DNA of 63,001 nucleotides. Source: a virus (taxonomy: Duplodnaviria; Heunggongvirae; Uroviricota; Caudoviricetes). Positions 39,732 through 49,890 of the stretch are shown one piece after another. A model generated the notes under the pieces. It ran no database searches. It was not told the DNA's origin and saw nothing but the letters and a program-made list of their open reading frames with translations. Location of the stretch: the IMG/VR virus record IMGVR_UViG_3300022697_000186, positions 173,091 through 236,091 of that record; one strand, written 5' to 3'. A program made the translations under genes and the position numbers. Numbering within the stretch: position 1 is the first letter of the stretch; every line of letters starts with the position of its first letter.

Positions 39732-40853
39732 TTAACCTCCAATAATCTCCAAAATTCTTTCTTGAGTATCCGTTGTTTCAATATCAAAGTCTTTTGAATC
39801 AGTTAATGCCCTTCTAATTGTAGAAACTGACCAAGGTTTAGAACTTCTAGATATATCATCATAATCCAATATATTAGTTAAATTCATTGCATTTTTTAGA
39901 TATGCAAAAGGCAATGTATAACATGCTTTCATTCTCTGAGTACAAAAATGAATCTTTTCAGTGTCCTCATTAAGTACTACTAAATCACCCCAACCACCTT
40001 TAACTAATAATTTATAATCTCTTAAAGTATTTTTTAAATCTTCACTTTCAAAATCAGTATTAGATAATACAGTCATAGTAGACCAAGCAGTTGAATCTCT
40101 TACTGACATCATTTTAAGAAGTTTTTTAGGATTACCTAAATATTGACTATTAGGAGAAAAAATAATATCATTAGAACCACCTGTTTTTTCACCCCTAAAT
40201 AATTTATTCCATTTAGTAAAGGGAATTTTTCCTTTTATAGAATTCCACTTACTAAAGAAAAATCTTTTTATTACACTCATTGATTTGATATCTTTCATTA
40301 AATTAATAATATTATCAACATTTGTAATTGTATAAGGTACTGATTTGATGCCAATAGTTATGGTTCTTACACTATCTCCTCCCAACATAGATGATTTCAT
40401 ACCAATAGGTATAGTCATATATGTTGGTTCTAATCCTACCATATGAAAAAAACTAATACCTTTAGGATGTTCTATAGTATCAACTTGAGATGTATTTACA
40501 TTAGTTTTTAAGGTTTCTTCATCTCGTGATGAAACACTACGCTTAGGAAGATTTTCTATTGTTTTTTGTGTAGCGTTAACAACAGCTGCAGTTGGATCAA
40601 ATACTGGGTCAGTACTTGATGTTACCTCATATCCTTGTAACTTATTTTCTTTATCATATTTAGTTTTAGTGGTTGTTGTCTCAGATCTAACAGTTTTAGT
40701 AAATCCAGTATATTTATTTAATACTGCAAGTTTAATTGCACCAGAATTAGCTAATAAAGTATTACGTTCTACTACTTTTGCAATAGCAGGAATGAACTTT
40801 GTATTCTCAATATTAGGACTAATTAAAGTTGGGATTATGAACAACGCATCCAT
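39732..40853 (-). CDS. Hypothetical protein, possibly structural
   Basis: 373-aa ORF. Confidence 0.7.
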   Translation of the reverse strand: MDALFIIPTLISPNIENTKFIPAIAKVVERNTLLANSGAIKLAVLNKYTGFTKTVRSETTTTKTKYDKENKLQGYEVTSSTDPVFDPTAAVVNATQKTIENLPKRSVSSRDEETLKTNVNTSQVDTIEHPKGISFFHMVGLEPTYMTIPIGMKSSMLGGDSVRTITIGIKSVPYTITNVDNIINLMKDIKSMSVIKRFFFSKWNSIKGKIPFTKWNKLFRGEKTGGSNDIIFSPNSQYLGNPKKLLKMMSVRDSTAWSTMTVLSNTDFESEDLKNTLRDYKLLVKGGWGDLVVLNEDTEKIHFCTQRMKACYTLPFAYLKNAMNLTNILDYDDISRSSKPWSVSTIRRALTDSKDFDIETTDTQERILEIIGG

Positions 40854-40878
40854 TATGTTGTACTCCTATTTATAATTG

Positions 40879-41214
40879 TTAAAGCCAAAGTATATCTTCC
40901 CCAGCATGTTTTGTATTATTTTCTTCAGTATTTGAATTATAAACTCTTTCGTTTATATTTGTAGGTTTAGTTACTTTATTTTTTTTGATTACTTTATTCT
41001 TACTTAAAATAACAGTTGGTGATTTAGTTGTATTTTTAACGACTTTGGTGGATATAATAGATTTTTTAATTGGAGTATATACTTTAGTATTGTCCAATTT
41101 AGGTTTAGAAAGAACTTTCGATGTAATTGGATTAGTATTTATATCAATTTCTCCAAAAATACATAAATCCTCTAAAGTTTCTAAAGTTACTTGTTTTTTA
41201 CTTTGTTCAAACAT
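40879..41214 (-). CDS. Hypothetical low-complexity K/T/N-rich protein
   Basis: 111-aa ORF. Confidence 0.55.
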   Translation of the reverse strand: MFEQSKKQVTLETLEDLCIFGEIDINTNPITSKVLSKPKLDNTKVYTPIKKSIISTKVVKNTTKSPTVILSKNKVIKKNKVTKPTNINERVYNSNTEENNTKHAGEDILWL

Positions 41215-41235
41215 TTAAATGACTATATTTAATGA

Positions 41236-41754
41236 TTATTGAAGAACTAAATCTATTAAAGAATCTCTAAGGGTTTTATGAGAATCAATTAATACCTTAC
41301 CAGACCAATCATTTAAATTAGTTTTATTAGCATGTTTTAAATGATCTTCTAGAACCATAGAATCTATAGATACAGCATGATGTCGTCTAGCTACTACATA
41401 TCTAGCAACTTGTTCTTCACTAAGTCCTTCTAATTCACCTAATTCAGAAATTTCTTCTTTAACTAATTTCGTTACAGAAACATTTTCTAGTAATTGTTTA
41501 GATCTATTTCTTGCATCCTTAGCATCTACCATAGATTCTTTAATCATATCTGCTATAGTTTCATGATTAACTTTAGGAGAATAATTTAATTTTGTGTAAA
41601 TTTCAAAAAGATTACTTAACAGAGCAGCCTTTGTTGATAAATACATTTTTCTATCATTTTCACTTAATTCATTATCTAATTTTTTTCCAAATAGAACTTG
41701 ATCAATACCAAACCAATGCTTTAATACTGTGGCTTTTCTTCCTTTACTAGTCAT
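41236..41754 (-). CDS. Hypothetical protein with several [LI]xE motifs
   Basis: 172-aa ORF with AGGAG upstream. Confidence 0.7.
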   Translation of the reverse strand: MTSKGRKATVLKHWFGIDQVLFGKKLDNELSENDRKMYLSTKAALLSNLFEIYTKLNYSPKVNHETIADMIKESMVDAKDARNRSKQLLENVSVTKLVKEEISELGELEGLSEEQVARYVVARRHHAVSIDSMVLEDHLKHANKTNLNDWSGKVLIDSHKTLRDSLIDLVLQ

Positions 41755-41826
41755 AAACCGCTCCTTCTTCTTATAGTAGTACGTATATGAAATTCCATAT
41801 AATTAACAACAAAACCTTATACTAGG

Positions 41827-41841
41827 TTTATAATTTGTCCT
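41827..41841 (-). promoter_or_regulatory. Candidate phage promoter, class B (AGGACAAATTATAAA)
   Basis: Recurrent intergenic motif. Confidence 0.5.
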
Positions 41842-41858
41842 AAATCAGAAAGTTTAGT

Positions 41859-42233
41859 TTAAGATTCTAAAATTTCTCTTTCTTTACTCAAATCACGATT
41901 CAGAGCTTTTTCAGATGTGAATTTTTCGGGATATCTTGCTTTTAATTTATCTATATTTATTGTCGTAAGTTCATCAAAAGATGTTCCCAATTCATCACAA
42001 AGAATAGCCATATACCACATGATATCCCCCATTTCTTCTTTAATATTTACTAAATCCAATTCTTTTCCATAGTAAATATGTTTTTTTAAAGCATCCATTA
42101 ATTCACCAGCTTCAGTAACAATACCCATTGATCCGTGTAAAATTCTAAAATCTCTAGAAGTAAGTTGTTTATTTATTAATAATTCTTTACTTTCTGTTCT
42201 ACAAGCTGCTGGGACATATTCTTTCATATTCAT
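41859..42233 (-). CDS. MazG-like nucleotide pyrophosphohydrolase
   Basis: GIVTEAGELMD..KK, EEMGDIMWY, NIDKLKARYP. Confidence 0.9.
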   Translation of the reverse strand: MNMKEYVPAACRTESKELLINKQLTSRDFRILHGSMGIVTEAGELMDALKKHIYYGKELDLVNIKEEMGDIMWYMAILCDELGTSFDELTTINIDKLKARYPEKFTSEKALNRDLSKEREILES

Positions 42234-42380
42234 TTTATTTTTTCCTTATTATAGATAATTACCCCCCAATTTTTAAAATTTTTATTACAATTTACCATGA
42301 TTTTATTTAATATAGTTTGATCCAACTACATTATTATAAAAATTCATATAATCAGATCAAACTATTAATTAAATTAAAGT

Positions 42381-42566
42381 TTATTTTCCTTCTAAGACTA
42401 CTGGTGCATCAGATATCGTTATAGATACTTCAACATCAACTTTATTATACTTACTTAATTTTTTATTTAGATTTTTAACTGATCTATCTATTTCTTTGAT
42501 AAATCTATTGGCATCAATGTTTTCACCAGTTGATGTTACTAATATTGTTCCTGAAAATTCTTTCAT
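42381..42566 (-). CDS. Hypothetical small protein
   Basis: 61 aa; weakly resembles 42766-42987. Confidence 0.55.
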   Translation of the reverse strand: MKEFSGTILVTSTGENIDANRFIKEIDRSVKNLNKKLSKYNKVDVEVSITISDAPVVLEGK

Positions 42567-42568
42567 TT

Positions 42569-42766
42569 TTATTCCTCCATTAAATATTGATTTATTTTTT
42601 CTTTTTGAATTTTATGACTATTTAGATGTTTATTATAATATAATTCTGATATATTTTTACCACATTCAGTACATTTATAGCAACAAGGTGAACAATGTAC
42701 CATTTTTTCTTCAACATCTGAATCAGAGTGGCAATCACAATAACATTCTTCGTACGATTTTAGCAT
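42569..42766 (-). CDS. Small Cys/His-rich zinc-binding protein
   Basis: CYCDCH..HC..CC..CTECG..H...H. Confidence 0.6.
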   Translation of the reverse strand: MLKSYEECYCDCHSDSDVEEKMVHCSPCCYKCTECGKNISELYYNKHLNSHKIQKEKINQYLMEE

Positions 42767-42987
42767 TATACATTTTCCGTTAATAATTCTTTCGAGTGTG
42801 AAATGTTTACAATTTCACCATTATCATATGTTTTAGGTTCTACATCGACAAGTGTTTCTAATTCTATTACTACATCTTTACCATGTTTTTTAGAAAGTTT
42901 TTTAACATAAGATGTAATATCTTTTATAATTTTATCACTACTTACATTACCAACGACTACAATTGTAGATTTTATTGAAACATTCAT
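42766..42987 (-). CDS. Hypothetical small protein
   Basis: 73-aa ORF, coupled to the next gene. Confidence 0.55.
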   Translation of the reverse strand: MNVSIKSTIVVVGNVSSDKIIKDITSYVKKLSKKHGKDVVIELETLVDVEPKTYDNGEIVNISHSKELLTENV

Positions 42988-42989
42988 TA

Positions 42990-44861
42990 TTATACTCCTT
43001 TTTTATTAATAATTTTAATTTCATATTTATAATTACCGCAGTCCCAAATCCTATCGAAACCGTTTAATTGCATATTTTGCCATTCAGTTAAAGTTGAATC
43101 AAATGATTCTAATAAATCTTTCAACTTATGTTTTTGATATTTCATTCTGTTTTCACGACCATTATTTTTTAAATAAAAATAGTTAGGATTAGTTAGTTCT
43201 TTATATTTAAATCCACAATTCTCATATCCTTTACCTTCTCCATATCTAGCATCTGCGTAAGTAATAATAGAACTAGGACTATAATCTTTCTTAAAATGCT
43301 TTAAAAGTTTTGATAGTCCACCAGTAATAGAATAATTTAACTTATTACAGAATCTAAGTATCTCATAATCATACGATTTATTAAATCTACTCTTACCCAT
43401 TGTGATTAAAGAAACTAATTGATCTTTATAAAATAAACCTATATGAGTTCCATTAATTTCACCTTGTAAATGATTATCAAATAGAAACTGTTTAGCTATT
43501 TTATTATCAACTTCTTTTATGGTACACTTACGCGCGAATACTTTATTAGGTGATTTACCCATCTTATTCAATAATATACTTTTAACTATATCTTGCTTGC
43601 TCATCCATTCGTCTTCAAATATCTGAATTAAATGAACACCTTTAGATTTTGCAAGTAAAGTTTTATTCTGATGGTATTTAGGATCTGTATTATTACCAAG
43701 TTCACTATGCCAATATAAACCATGATATTCTATACCTAATTTTAACTCTTCAATATAGATATCTATTTCTTTACCTTCTAAAATTATTCTATCTGATTTA
43801 GATTCTGGGTAGTATTTCTGTATAAAAGATAGGACTTCTTGTTCCTCAATTGAGGTACCAGTTAATGGAGGGTAACAAGTTGGACATCTAGGAACTTTCC
43901 CATTAATTAAATTATCTTCAAAATTAATTTGACATTGGGTACATTTCCAAAGATATTTATAACTTGTTCCATTAAAACCATTTAAATTAAATAATGGTGT
44001 AACTAAATCTTTCAATCTATCTGAATTTAATAATCTATTGAAAAATTTTTTATGTAATGATTGTATAGACTTTTCTTTAAATTTTTTAACATTCATGGGA
44101 TTTTTAGCATCATATTTTTTCAAGCAAGTATTTTTAACATCTTCTAAATATTGTTGTGTTTGAGTATAATATTCTACACCATATCTATCTAAATTAGTTT
44201 TCTTTATTTTATCTTGAACTTCTTTAGATTGAAAAGAATATTCTACACCATATTTTTCTAAGCAAGTCTGTTTAGATTTTTCTTTAAACTTATCAGATTG
44301 TAAAGCGTGTTCTACATTATGTTTTTCAAGCATAGTTTGTTTAGATTTCTCTTTAAATTTCTCAGACTGTAAAGCATGTTCAACTCCATATTTTTTTAAC
44401 ATAGTCTGTTTAGATTTCTCTTTCATTATTTTTGATTGTGCTACATATTCAACTCCGTATTTTTTAAAACAAGTTTTCCGATATTTTTCTTTAAATTCTT
44501 CAACCTGTAAAGCATATTCTGTTCCATATTTATCCAACATAGTTTTTCTACGTTTATTTCTTAATTCTTTAGATTGAAAAGAATATTCTACACCATATTT
44601 CTCTAAGCAAGTTCTCTTGGATTTTTCTTTCAATTTATTACACCTTGCCACACATGCTGAGGAACAATATTTTCTATAACCTTTTTCGATAGAAATAAGA
44701 TTAGTCTCTTTTCCACAATAACAATATATTTGGGTTCCAATATATTTTAAATAGTAATCTTTAATATTTGGATGGGATTTCTTTCCTTTTATATATGAAA
44801 TATGTCTTGCTAAAGAACCCATATCCTTATATTTTTTATTACATATTTTACATTCTACCAT
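42990..44861 (-). CDS. Repeat-array endonuclease paralog (8 repeats)
   Basis: Same conserved C-terminal module; immediately downstream of the recA-like gene. Confidence 0.85.
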   Translation of the reverse strand: MVECKICNKKYKDMGSLARHISYIKGKKSHPNIKDYYLKYIGTQIYCYCGKETNLISIEKGYRKYCSSACVARCNKLKEKSKRTCLEKYGVEYSFQSKELRNKRRKTMLDKYGTEYALQVEEFKEKYRKTCFKKYGVEYVAQSKIMKEKSKQTMLKKYGVEHALQSEKFKEKSKQTMLEKHNVEHALQSDKFKEKSKQTCLEKYGVEYSFQSKEVQDKIKKTNLDRYGVEYYTQTQQYLEDVKNTCLKKYDAKNPMNVKKFKEKSIQSLHKKFFNRLLNSDRLKDLVTPLFNLNGFNGTSYKYLWKCTQCQINFEDNLINGKVPRCPTCYPPLTGTSIEEQEVLSFIQKYYPESKSDRIILEGKEIDIYIEELKLGIEYHGLYWHSELGNNTDPKYHQNKTLLAKSKGVHLIQIFEDEWMSKQDIVKSILLNKMGKSPNKVFARKCTIKEVDNKIAKQFLFDNHLQGEINGTHIGLFYKDQLVSLITMGKSRFNKSYDYEILRFCNKLNYSITGGLSKLLKHFKKDYSPSSIITYADARYGEGKGYENCGFKYKELTNPNYFYLKNNGRENRMKYQKHKLKDLLESFDSTLTEWQNMQLNGFDRIWDCGNYKYEIKIINKKGV

Positions 44862-44869
44862 TATTTCAT

Positions 44870-46102
44870 TTAAAAATCTATTTCTATTGAACTTATATCA
44901 GTTGATTTATATTTATCTATTATTTCTGTCTGAATAGCATCTTTGATTTCTCTTTCAAAACATTCTTTAAATTTAGGATCACTCCTATATAATTCTATAG
45001 CTTGTACTTGTCTAAACTTCTTTTCTGGATAATCTACTAAATAACACCAAGCACCAGAATTAATTCTCTTAGTACTTTTTAAGAATTCAAAATTAGTCCA
45101 AAAATTTGAAAATCCTCTTTCAAAACTAAATATTAATTCAGTTTCTATATTAGGACTAAATAATTTATTTTTAACTGTTTTACCTTTAACCTTTGTACCA
45201 AGAAATCCATATTCTCCTTTGATATCACCTATAGGTCGAAAATAGAAAATTTGCATAGCATTAAATAATTGTGCTTTGCCACCAGGTAACTGTTTATCTC
45301 CTAAAAATTTTAAATCATTTGGTGTTTTAAATATACCAATATCAATTTTATCTCTAAGTTGATTGATAGCAACTAACGATATTTTATACTTATTTAATTT
45401 AGCTACATACTTAGGAAGTAAATGTGATAATACTCTTGCCTTTTGTCCTAATACCTGATTAGGATCTTCTGATAATGTGCCAGCCTCAGTTAATGTATTA
45501 GCAATACTATCCCAAACAATTACAGAAGGTATATCTGCTAACGATGGATTCTCTTCTTTATATGTAGCGATACCTTCCACTATTTGAAAAATTTTTTCAA
45601 TAGTCATACTATTATAAGGTTCAACTTTGGGATTAACTACACCTAATTGTGCTAATCTATCTGATGTCATTGATTCTTCACTATCTAAATATACCGATAT
45701 AAATTTACCAGGCCATTTTCTTTGACCAGTAGCAATTATTTTAGAAACAAGAGCACTTTTACCTGACCCAGGAGGTCCTATAAATTGAACAAAACCAGTA
45801 CCAACACCACCACCTAATATTGCATCTAATACATCAAGACCTGTTGGAATTGTCATTCTTGTATTTTCAGGTATTTCAATTTTAAATTGATTTCCTAAAA
45901 ATGTTTTTAGATTTTCTTGTAATTCTTTACTAGCATCTGCTTCTTCATCTGTTATACTATTAACAGATTTTTTAACCTCTGGTTCACTTACTATATCATC
46001 TGATTTTTTTACTACTGTAGTTTTAGTTTTATTTATTATTTTATCTAATACTTCATTTTCTACTACATCTGAATCTGTAGTTTCTTTTTTATGTCTGCCC
46101 AT
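44870..46102 (-). CDS. recA: RecA/UvsX-like recombinase
   Basis: IPTGLDVLDAILGGG, GPPGSGKS, YLDSE, IVWDSIA, INQLR, PGGKA, KNK. Confidence 0.92.
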   Translation of the reverse strand: MGRHKKETTDSDVVENEVLDKIINKTKTTVVKKSDDIVSEPEVKKSVNSITDEEADASKELQENLKTFLGNQFKIEIPENTRMTIPTGLDVLDAILGGGVGTGFVQFIGPPGSGKSALVSKIIATGQRKWPGKFISVYLDSEESMTSDRLAQLGVVNPKVEPYNSMTIEKIFQIVEGIATYKEENPSLADIPSVIVWDSIANTLTEAGTLSEDPNQVLGQKARVLSHLLPKYVAKLNKYKISLVAINQLRDKIDIGIFKTPNDLKFLGDKQLPGGKAQLFNAMQIFYFRPIGDIKGEYGFLGTKVKGKTVKNKLFSPNIETELIFSFERGFSNFWTNFEFLKSTKRINSGAWCYLVDYPEKKFRQVQAIELYRSDPKFKECFEREIKDAIQTEIIDKYKSTDISSIEIDF

Positions 46103-46138
46103 TTTTATATTGCCCTCATATAAAATTTTAAAAGTTTT

Positions 46139-46540
46139 TTATTTGTCCTTATTTTCTTCATTTGAATCAAAATTTGTTTTAAATTTAAGATCATTTTTAT
46201 TTTCATTTAGTTCCATAGCTGTAGCAATCAATCTAACTTTTTCCTCAAATGTTTCACTACCATACTCACCATCATCAGCTTTCTTCTTTAAATCTGCCTC
46301 AAGTTTAATTGAACTATCTATTTGACTTCTAATTTGTAGTTCACTAGTTATAACTTGTGATAAAGTTTTCATTCTTTCCATCATTACAAATCGATTTTTA
46401 TAGTCAGATCCAGAAGGTAAAAGTACATCTAATTTTTTTCTAAACACTGTTGCATCAATTACCATATCATCTAAAGATTTACGATTTGTTCTTAATTCTT
46501 TTAATAAAGACTCAAATGTATTATCATTATCTCCAGACAT
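46139..46540 (-). CDS. Hypothetical helical protein
   Basis: 133-aa ORF. Confidence 0.65.
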   Translation of the reverse strand: MSGDNDNTFESLLKELRTNRKSLDDMVIDATVFRKKLDVLLPSGSDYKNRFVMMERMKTLSQVITSELQIRSQIDSSIKLEADLKKKADDGEYGSETFEEKVRLIATAMELNENKNDLKFKTNFDSNEENKDK

Positions 46541-46663
46541 AATTATTCCATTATAACTTTCACATTTTTATTTTTTTTAATTTCTTCTAACAAAGGATGA
46601 GTCTGTTCTATTTTAATTACTTCTTCTATTTTTTGTTTCTTTTTCCTTTTCTTTTTCTTCATT

Positions 46664-47389
46664 TCATACCTCCATTTGATAATCGTTATATTCTAATAAT
46701 TTAGACCAATTATAAATACCATCTAATCCAAATATTTCATCAGCTAATCCATATTCAACAGTCTCTTTAGATGTTAAATAAACTTCTTCTTTTTTATCCA
46801 TTTCTTCTCTAAGTATTTTTTCTATTGTTTCTCTAGATCTAGTTTTAAATTTACCATTCTTTTTCATTTGATCTATATAAATATTAATCATTATTTTATC
46901 TGCAAGTTTAGTTTGCTTTATCTCTGTGTATGCTTGTTTAACTGTACCACCCATATGTATTGTACCTTGATGAAACATAAAAATACTATTTATCATCATA
47001 ATCCGTTTATTTGCAGCTTGAAATATAAGTGAAGACATTGATCTTGCATGTGTATAATTTAAAATAGTAACAGGATTAGGACAAGCTTTAATTGCATCAT
47101 ATATAGCCATACCTTCAGACCACAATCCTCCACAAGTTTTCATATGTATTAAGATTGGTTTCTCACTTTTTCTCATAAGAATGTTTAAATTTCTAATAAA
47201 TTTATTAGTCATAATATATTCTATCCCTGGTTCATGAGGATCGTCTATATCCTGAGTAGAGTTATATAATTCATCACCAAACAAATAAATTTGATTACTG
47301 TATATATCTATACCATGTTCATGTATTTGATGTATAGGATCGTCTGTTACATATTTATTTATCTTATCTATTTTATGAGTATCAACCAT
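46664..47389 (-). CDS. clpP: ClpP-like protease subunit
   Basis: KPILIHMKTCGG..GMAIYD, ARSMS (Ser), MFHQG (His), YLTSKETVEYGLADEI. Confidence 0.85.
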   Translation of the reverse strand: MVDTHKIDKINKYVTDDPIHQIHEHGIDIYSNQIYLFGDELYNSTQDIDDPHEPGIEYIMTNKFIRNLNILMRKSEKPILIHMKTCGGLWSEGMAIYDAIKACPNPVTILNYTHARSMSSLIFQAANKRIMMINSIFMFHQGTIHMGGTVKQAYTEIKQTKLADKIMINIYIDQMKKNGKFKTRSRETIEKILREEMDKKEEVYLTSKETVEYGLADEIFGLDGIYNWSKLLEYNDYQMEV

Positions 47390-47422
47390 ATAAACCCTAT
47401 TATTTTATACATATTTCTAACC

Positions 47423-48499
47423 TCAATTAGTTTTATTCTCTGTTTTTTCTGTAGATACTTCTTTATTATTTTTACTAAAATGTATTGCATATCTTAATGA
47501 TCCAGATGCAACAGAAGAAAGAGGATCACCAGCATGTCTAATTTCAGATATATCATAAGGAAAATCTTTTTGTTTATTAAAAACTTCTTTAAATAAATCT
47601 AAAAAACCGTTAGGCATACTTGTTCCCCCACTAACTATTATTGGCAAAGGTTCATCTATATCAAGATTTTCAGATACTTTATTAAAATGACTAGAAACAT
47701 TTTTTAATACATGATTTATCAATGATTCATAATAAAATTTTAAAGCTTGAAGTGTCCTATTTTCTTTTTTATTTCTACCTGCTTTTAAATTATTAAAATC
47801 TAATTTTCTTTCTTTTAAAGATGTAACTCTAGTAATAGCAGATATTCCTGAGGACTTTCCTGCTTCTTTGTCAATCCAGTCTCCTCCGATGTCAATACTA
47901 AATTCAAATATAGGAGCACCTTTCCAACTACATGCTATATTTGTAAGACCACAACCAAAGCTGAAAGCTATTCCTGAATATTTTGTATCTTTACATTCGT
48001 TGTATATAACAGCCATGGATTCATTAATTGGTTTTGGTTCAAAATTTAAAGAAGATAAAATATTATTAAAAACTTGGCTATGATATAATGCTGATGAATT
48101 TTCTCCATCAATTGGATCAGCTGGTATTGAATAAACACATACACCAGGACCTTTTCCAATTAATTTTTTTATCATAAGTGTTAAAATATCAATAGCATCT
48201 ACTTCATTTGGAGAAATTACTCCATTTTGCATAGGACGTTTAATATTTTGTCCAAAAATTGTAGAAAATTTAAAGCAATCTTCACCTATTATATATAAAT
48301 ATTCTACATCTCCATTTTCATCTTTTTGTTCAACATAATCTAAATTTGTTCCAGCTATTTCCATACTATCTACATCAGTTGGATCAATAGGTAAAAACAT
48401 ATTACGCATAACCTTAATATCTGCTTCACCATTATTCCCTTTTGAAGACTTAGCAGACACAATATGCATTGTCCCTAAATCTAATCCTATATATTTCAT
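47423..48499 (-). CDS. Actin-like ATPase (MreB/ParM/MamK superfamily)
   Basis: IGLDLGT, INESMAV, SFGCGLTN, IGGDWID, IIVSGGTS, VASG. Confidence 0.85.
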   Translation of the reverse strand: MKYIGLDLGTMHIVSAKSSKGNNGEADIKVMRNMFLPIDPTDVDSMEIAGTNLDYVEQKDENGDVEYLYIIGEDCFKFSTIFGQNIKRPMQNGVISPNEVDAIDILTLMIKKLIGKGPGVCVYSIPADPIDGENSSALYHSQVFNNILSSLNFEPKPINESMAVIYNECKDTKYSGIAFSFGCGLTNIACSWKGAPIFEFSIDIGGDWIDKEAGKSSGISAITRVTSLKERKLDFNNLKAGRNKKENRTLQALKFYYESLINHVLKNVSSHFNKVSENLDIDEPLPIIVSGGTSMPNGFLDLFKEVFNKQKDFPYDISEIRHAGDPLSSVASGSLRYAIHFSKNNKEVSTEKTENKTN

Positions 48500-48539
48500 A
48501 TATTTATCTCCTCATTTCCAACCTTTATATTGTTTAAAT

Positions 48540-48947
48540 TTATTCAACCCCTTCTAACCCTTCATCTAAATCATTAATTTTAATTTTCTTAGATTTATTA
48601 CTAGTTCTAATATCCATTCCTTCAGTATCAATATTAGGAATATAACCAGGACCATCATCTACTTGATATTTTTTTACTTTTTCTTCTATCATAGAACTAC
48701 TGTGTTTAACTATCACTTGTTGTGAATTTAATTTACCACTAGTTAATAATTCTAAAATTTTATCTATTTTATTTTCTAATTTTTTAATTTCATTAGAAAC
48801 TAATTTATCAGAATCATCTTTTTTTTGCTGTATCTCTTTTTTTAATTCTTGAATTCTATCATATGCTTTTAATGTCATATATTTATCCTTTGTACATAAA
48901 AAACATTTAGAAGTTAAATATCTCCATATTTTAAAAATAAATGACAT
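48540..48947 (-). CDS. Hypothetical coiled-coil protein upstream of the actin-like gene
   Basis: 135-aa ORF; start position uncertain. Confidence 0.6.
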   Translation of the reverse strand: MSFIFKIWRYLTSKCFLCTKDKYMTLKAYDRIQELKKEIQQKKDDSDKLVSNEIKKLENKIDKILELLTSGKLNSQQVIVKHSSSMIEEKVKKYQVDDGPGYIPNIDTEGMDIRTSNKSKKIKINDLDEGLEGVE

Positions 48948-49023
48948 ACATATTAAAATTAACCTAATTATTCAATCTAAATTCTTTAATATATTTGCTC
49001 ATTCATTTCTCCTGTTAATATTT

Positions 49024-49845
49024 TTATTTACTAATCCATGCTTGCAGAGGTTTATTCCATTTTGTTATAGCCATATAATTCCATAAACCATGTATAAATA
49101 CACCTATACCATAACCAACTAATGTTGGGTCATTTGTTTTATTATTATATGAAAAATACTTTTGAAAAAATGTTGTAACATAATGCATTAAGACAGCTGC
49201 CCCTCTAACTAAACCAAATTTTAAAATAGCTTTAATAGGTGATCCAAATAATGAAGATAAATATGAGAAAAACTCAACTAAGTTAAATACAAATAAAAAT
49301 GATCCATCTGCTTCATTTTTTATTGCCAAATATTTTCCATATTCTTCAGAGAGAGGAGCAACAACAACAGTTGTAATTATAATTCCAGTTTCAATCCCAA
49401 AAGCTGCCACTGCTAAATTACTTAATAATGAAGATACAAGAATTACTAAAATTAATAAAACTATAGATTCTCCTATTTTAATTTCATTAACCTCCAATAC
49501 TTCTTTAAATATTTGAGAAATTTTAGATAAACCTTCAGTTATATTTTTAGTACCTTCATCTATATCATTACTCTTTATACTTAACTTTAATTTAGAAGAA
49601 GTAGTAGCAACTACTTTTTTAATATCATTACTTAATTTTTTTGTATTAATACCCTTTTTTTCCAAAATTTTTTCAGACTTTTTATGCCAAGCTATATAAT
49701 TCTTATATCTCTTTTTTGTATCCTTACCTATATCTTTAATGGCTGCTTCATTTAAATTAAAATTAGGATCAATTTCACGATAAAATTCTTCAATATCTGC
49801 GAGATTTAATGATTTTGTTATTAATTTCTCACTTATATAATTCAT
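49024..49845 (-). CDS. PrsW/CPBP-type intramembrane protease-like protein with YISEK leader
   Basis: APLSEEYGK, FNLVE, R..AVLMH, IHGLWN; several TM helices; likely start MNYISEKL. Confidence 0.75.
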   Translation of the reverse strand: MNYISEKLITKSLNLADIEEFYREIDPNFNLNEAAIKDIGKDTKKRYKNYIAWHKKSEKILEKKGINTKKLSNDIKKVVATTSSKLKLSIKSNDIDEGTKNITEGLSKISQIFKEVLEVNEIKIGESIVLLILVILVSSLLSNLAVAAFGIETGIIITTVVVAPLSEEYGKYLAIKNEADGSFLFVFNLVEFFSYLSSLFGSPIKAILKFGLVRGAAVLMHYVTTFFQKYFSYNNKTNDPTLVGYGIGVFIHGLWNYMAITKWNKPLQAWISK

Positions 49846-49872
49846 AATATTCTCCAAACCAAAAGCTTATAA

Positions 49873-49887
49873 TTTATAGTTTGTCCT
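49873..49887 (-). promoter_or_regulatory. Candidate phage promoter, class B (AGGACAAACTATAAA)
   Basis: Recurrent intergenic motif. Confidence 0.5.
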
Positions 49888-49890
49888 ATT

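Noticed and set aside
46543-46662. 39-aa Lys-rich ORF between clpP and 46139-46540, and short ORFs in 56750-57050
   Set aside because: May be real, but too short and featureless to support a call.
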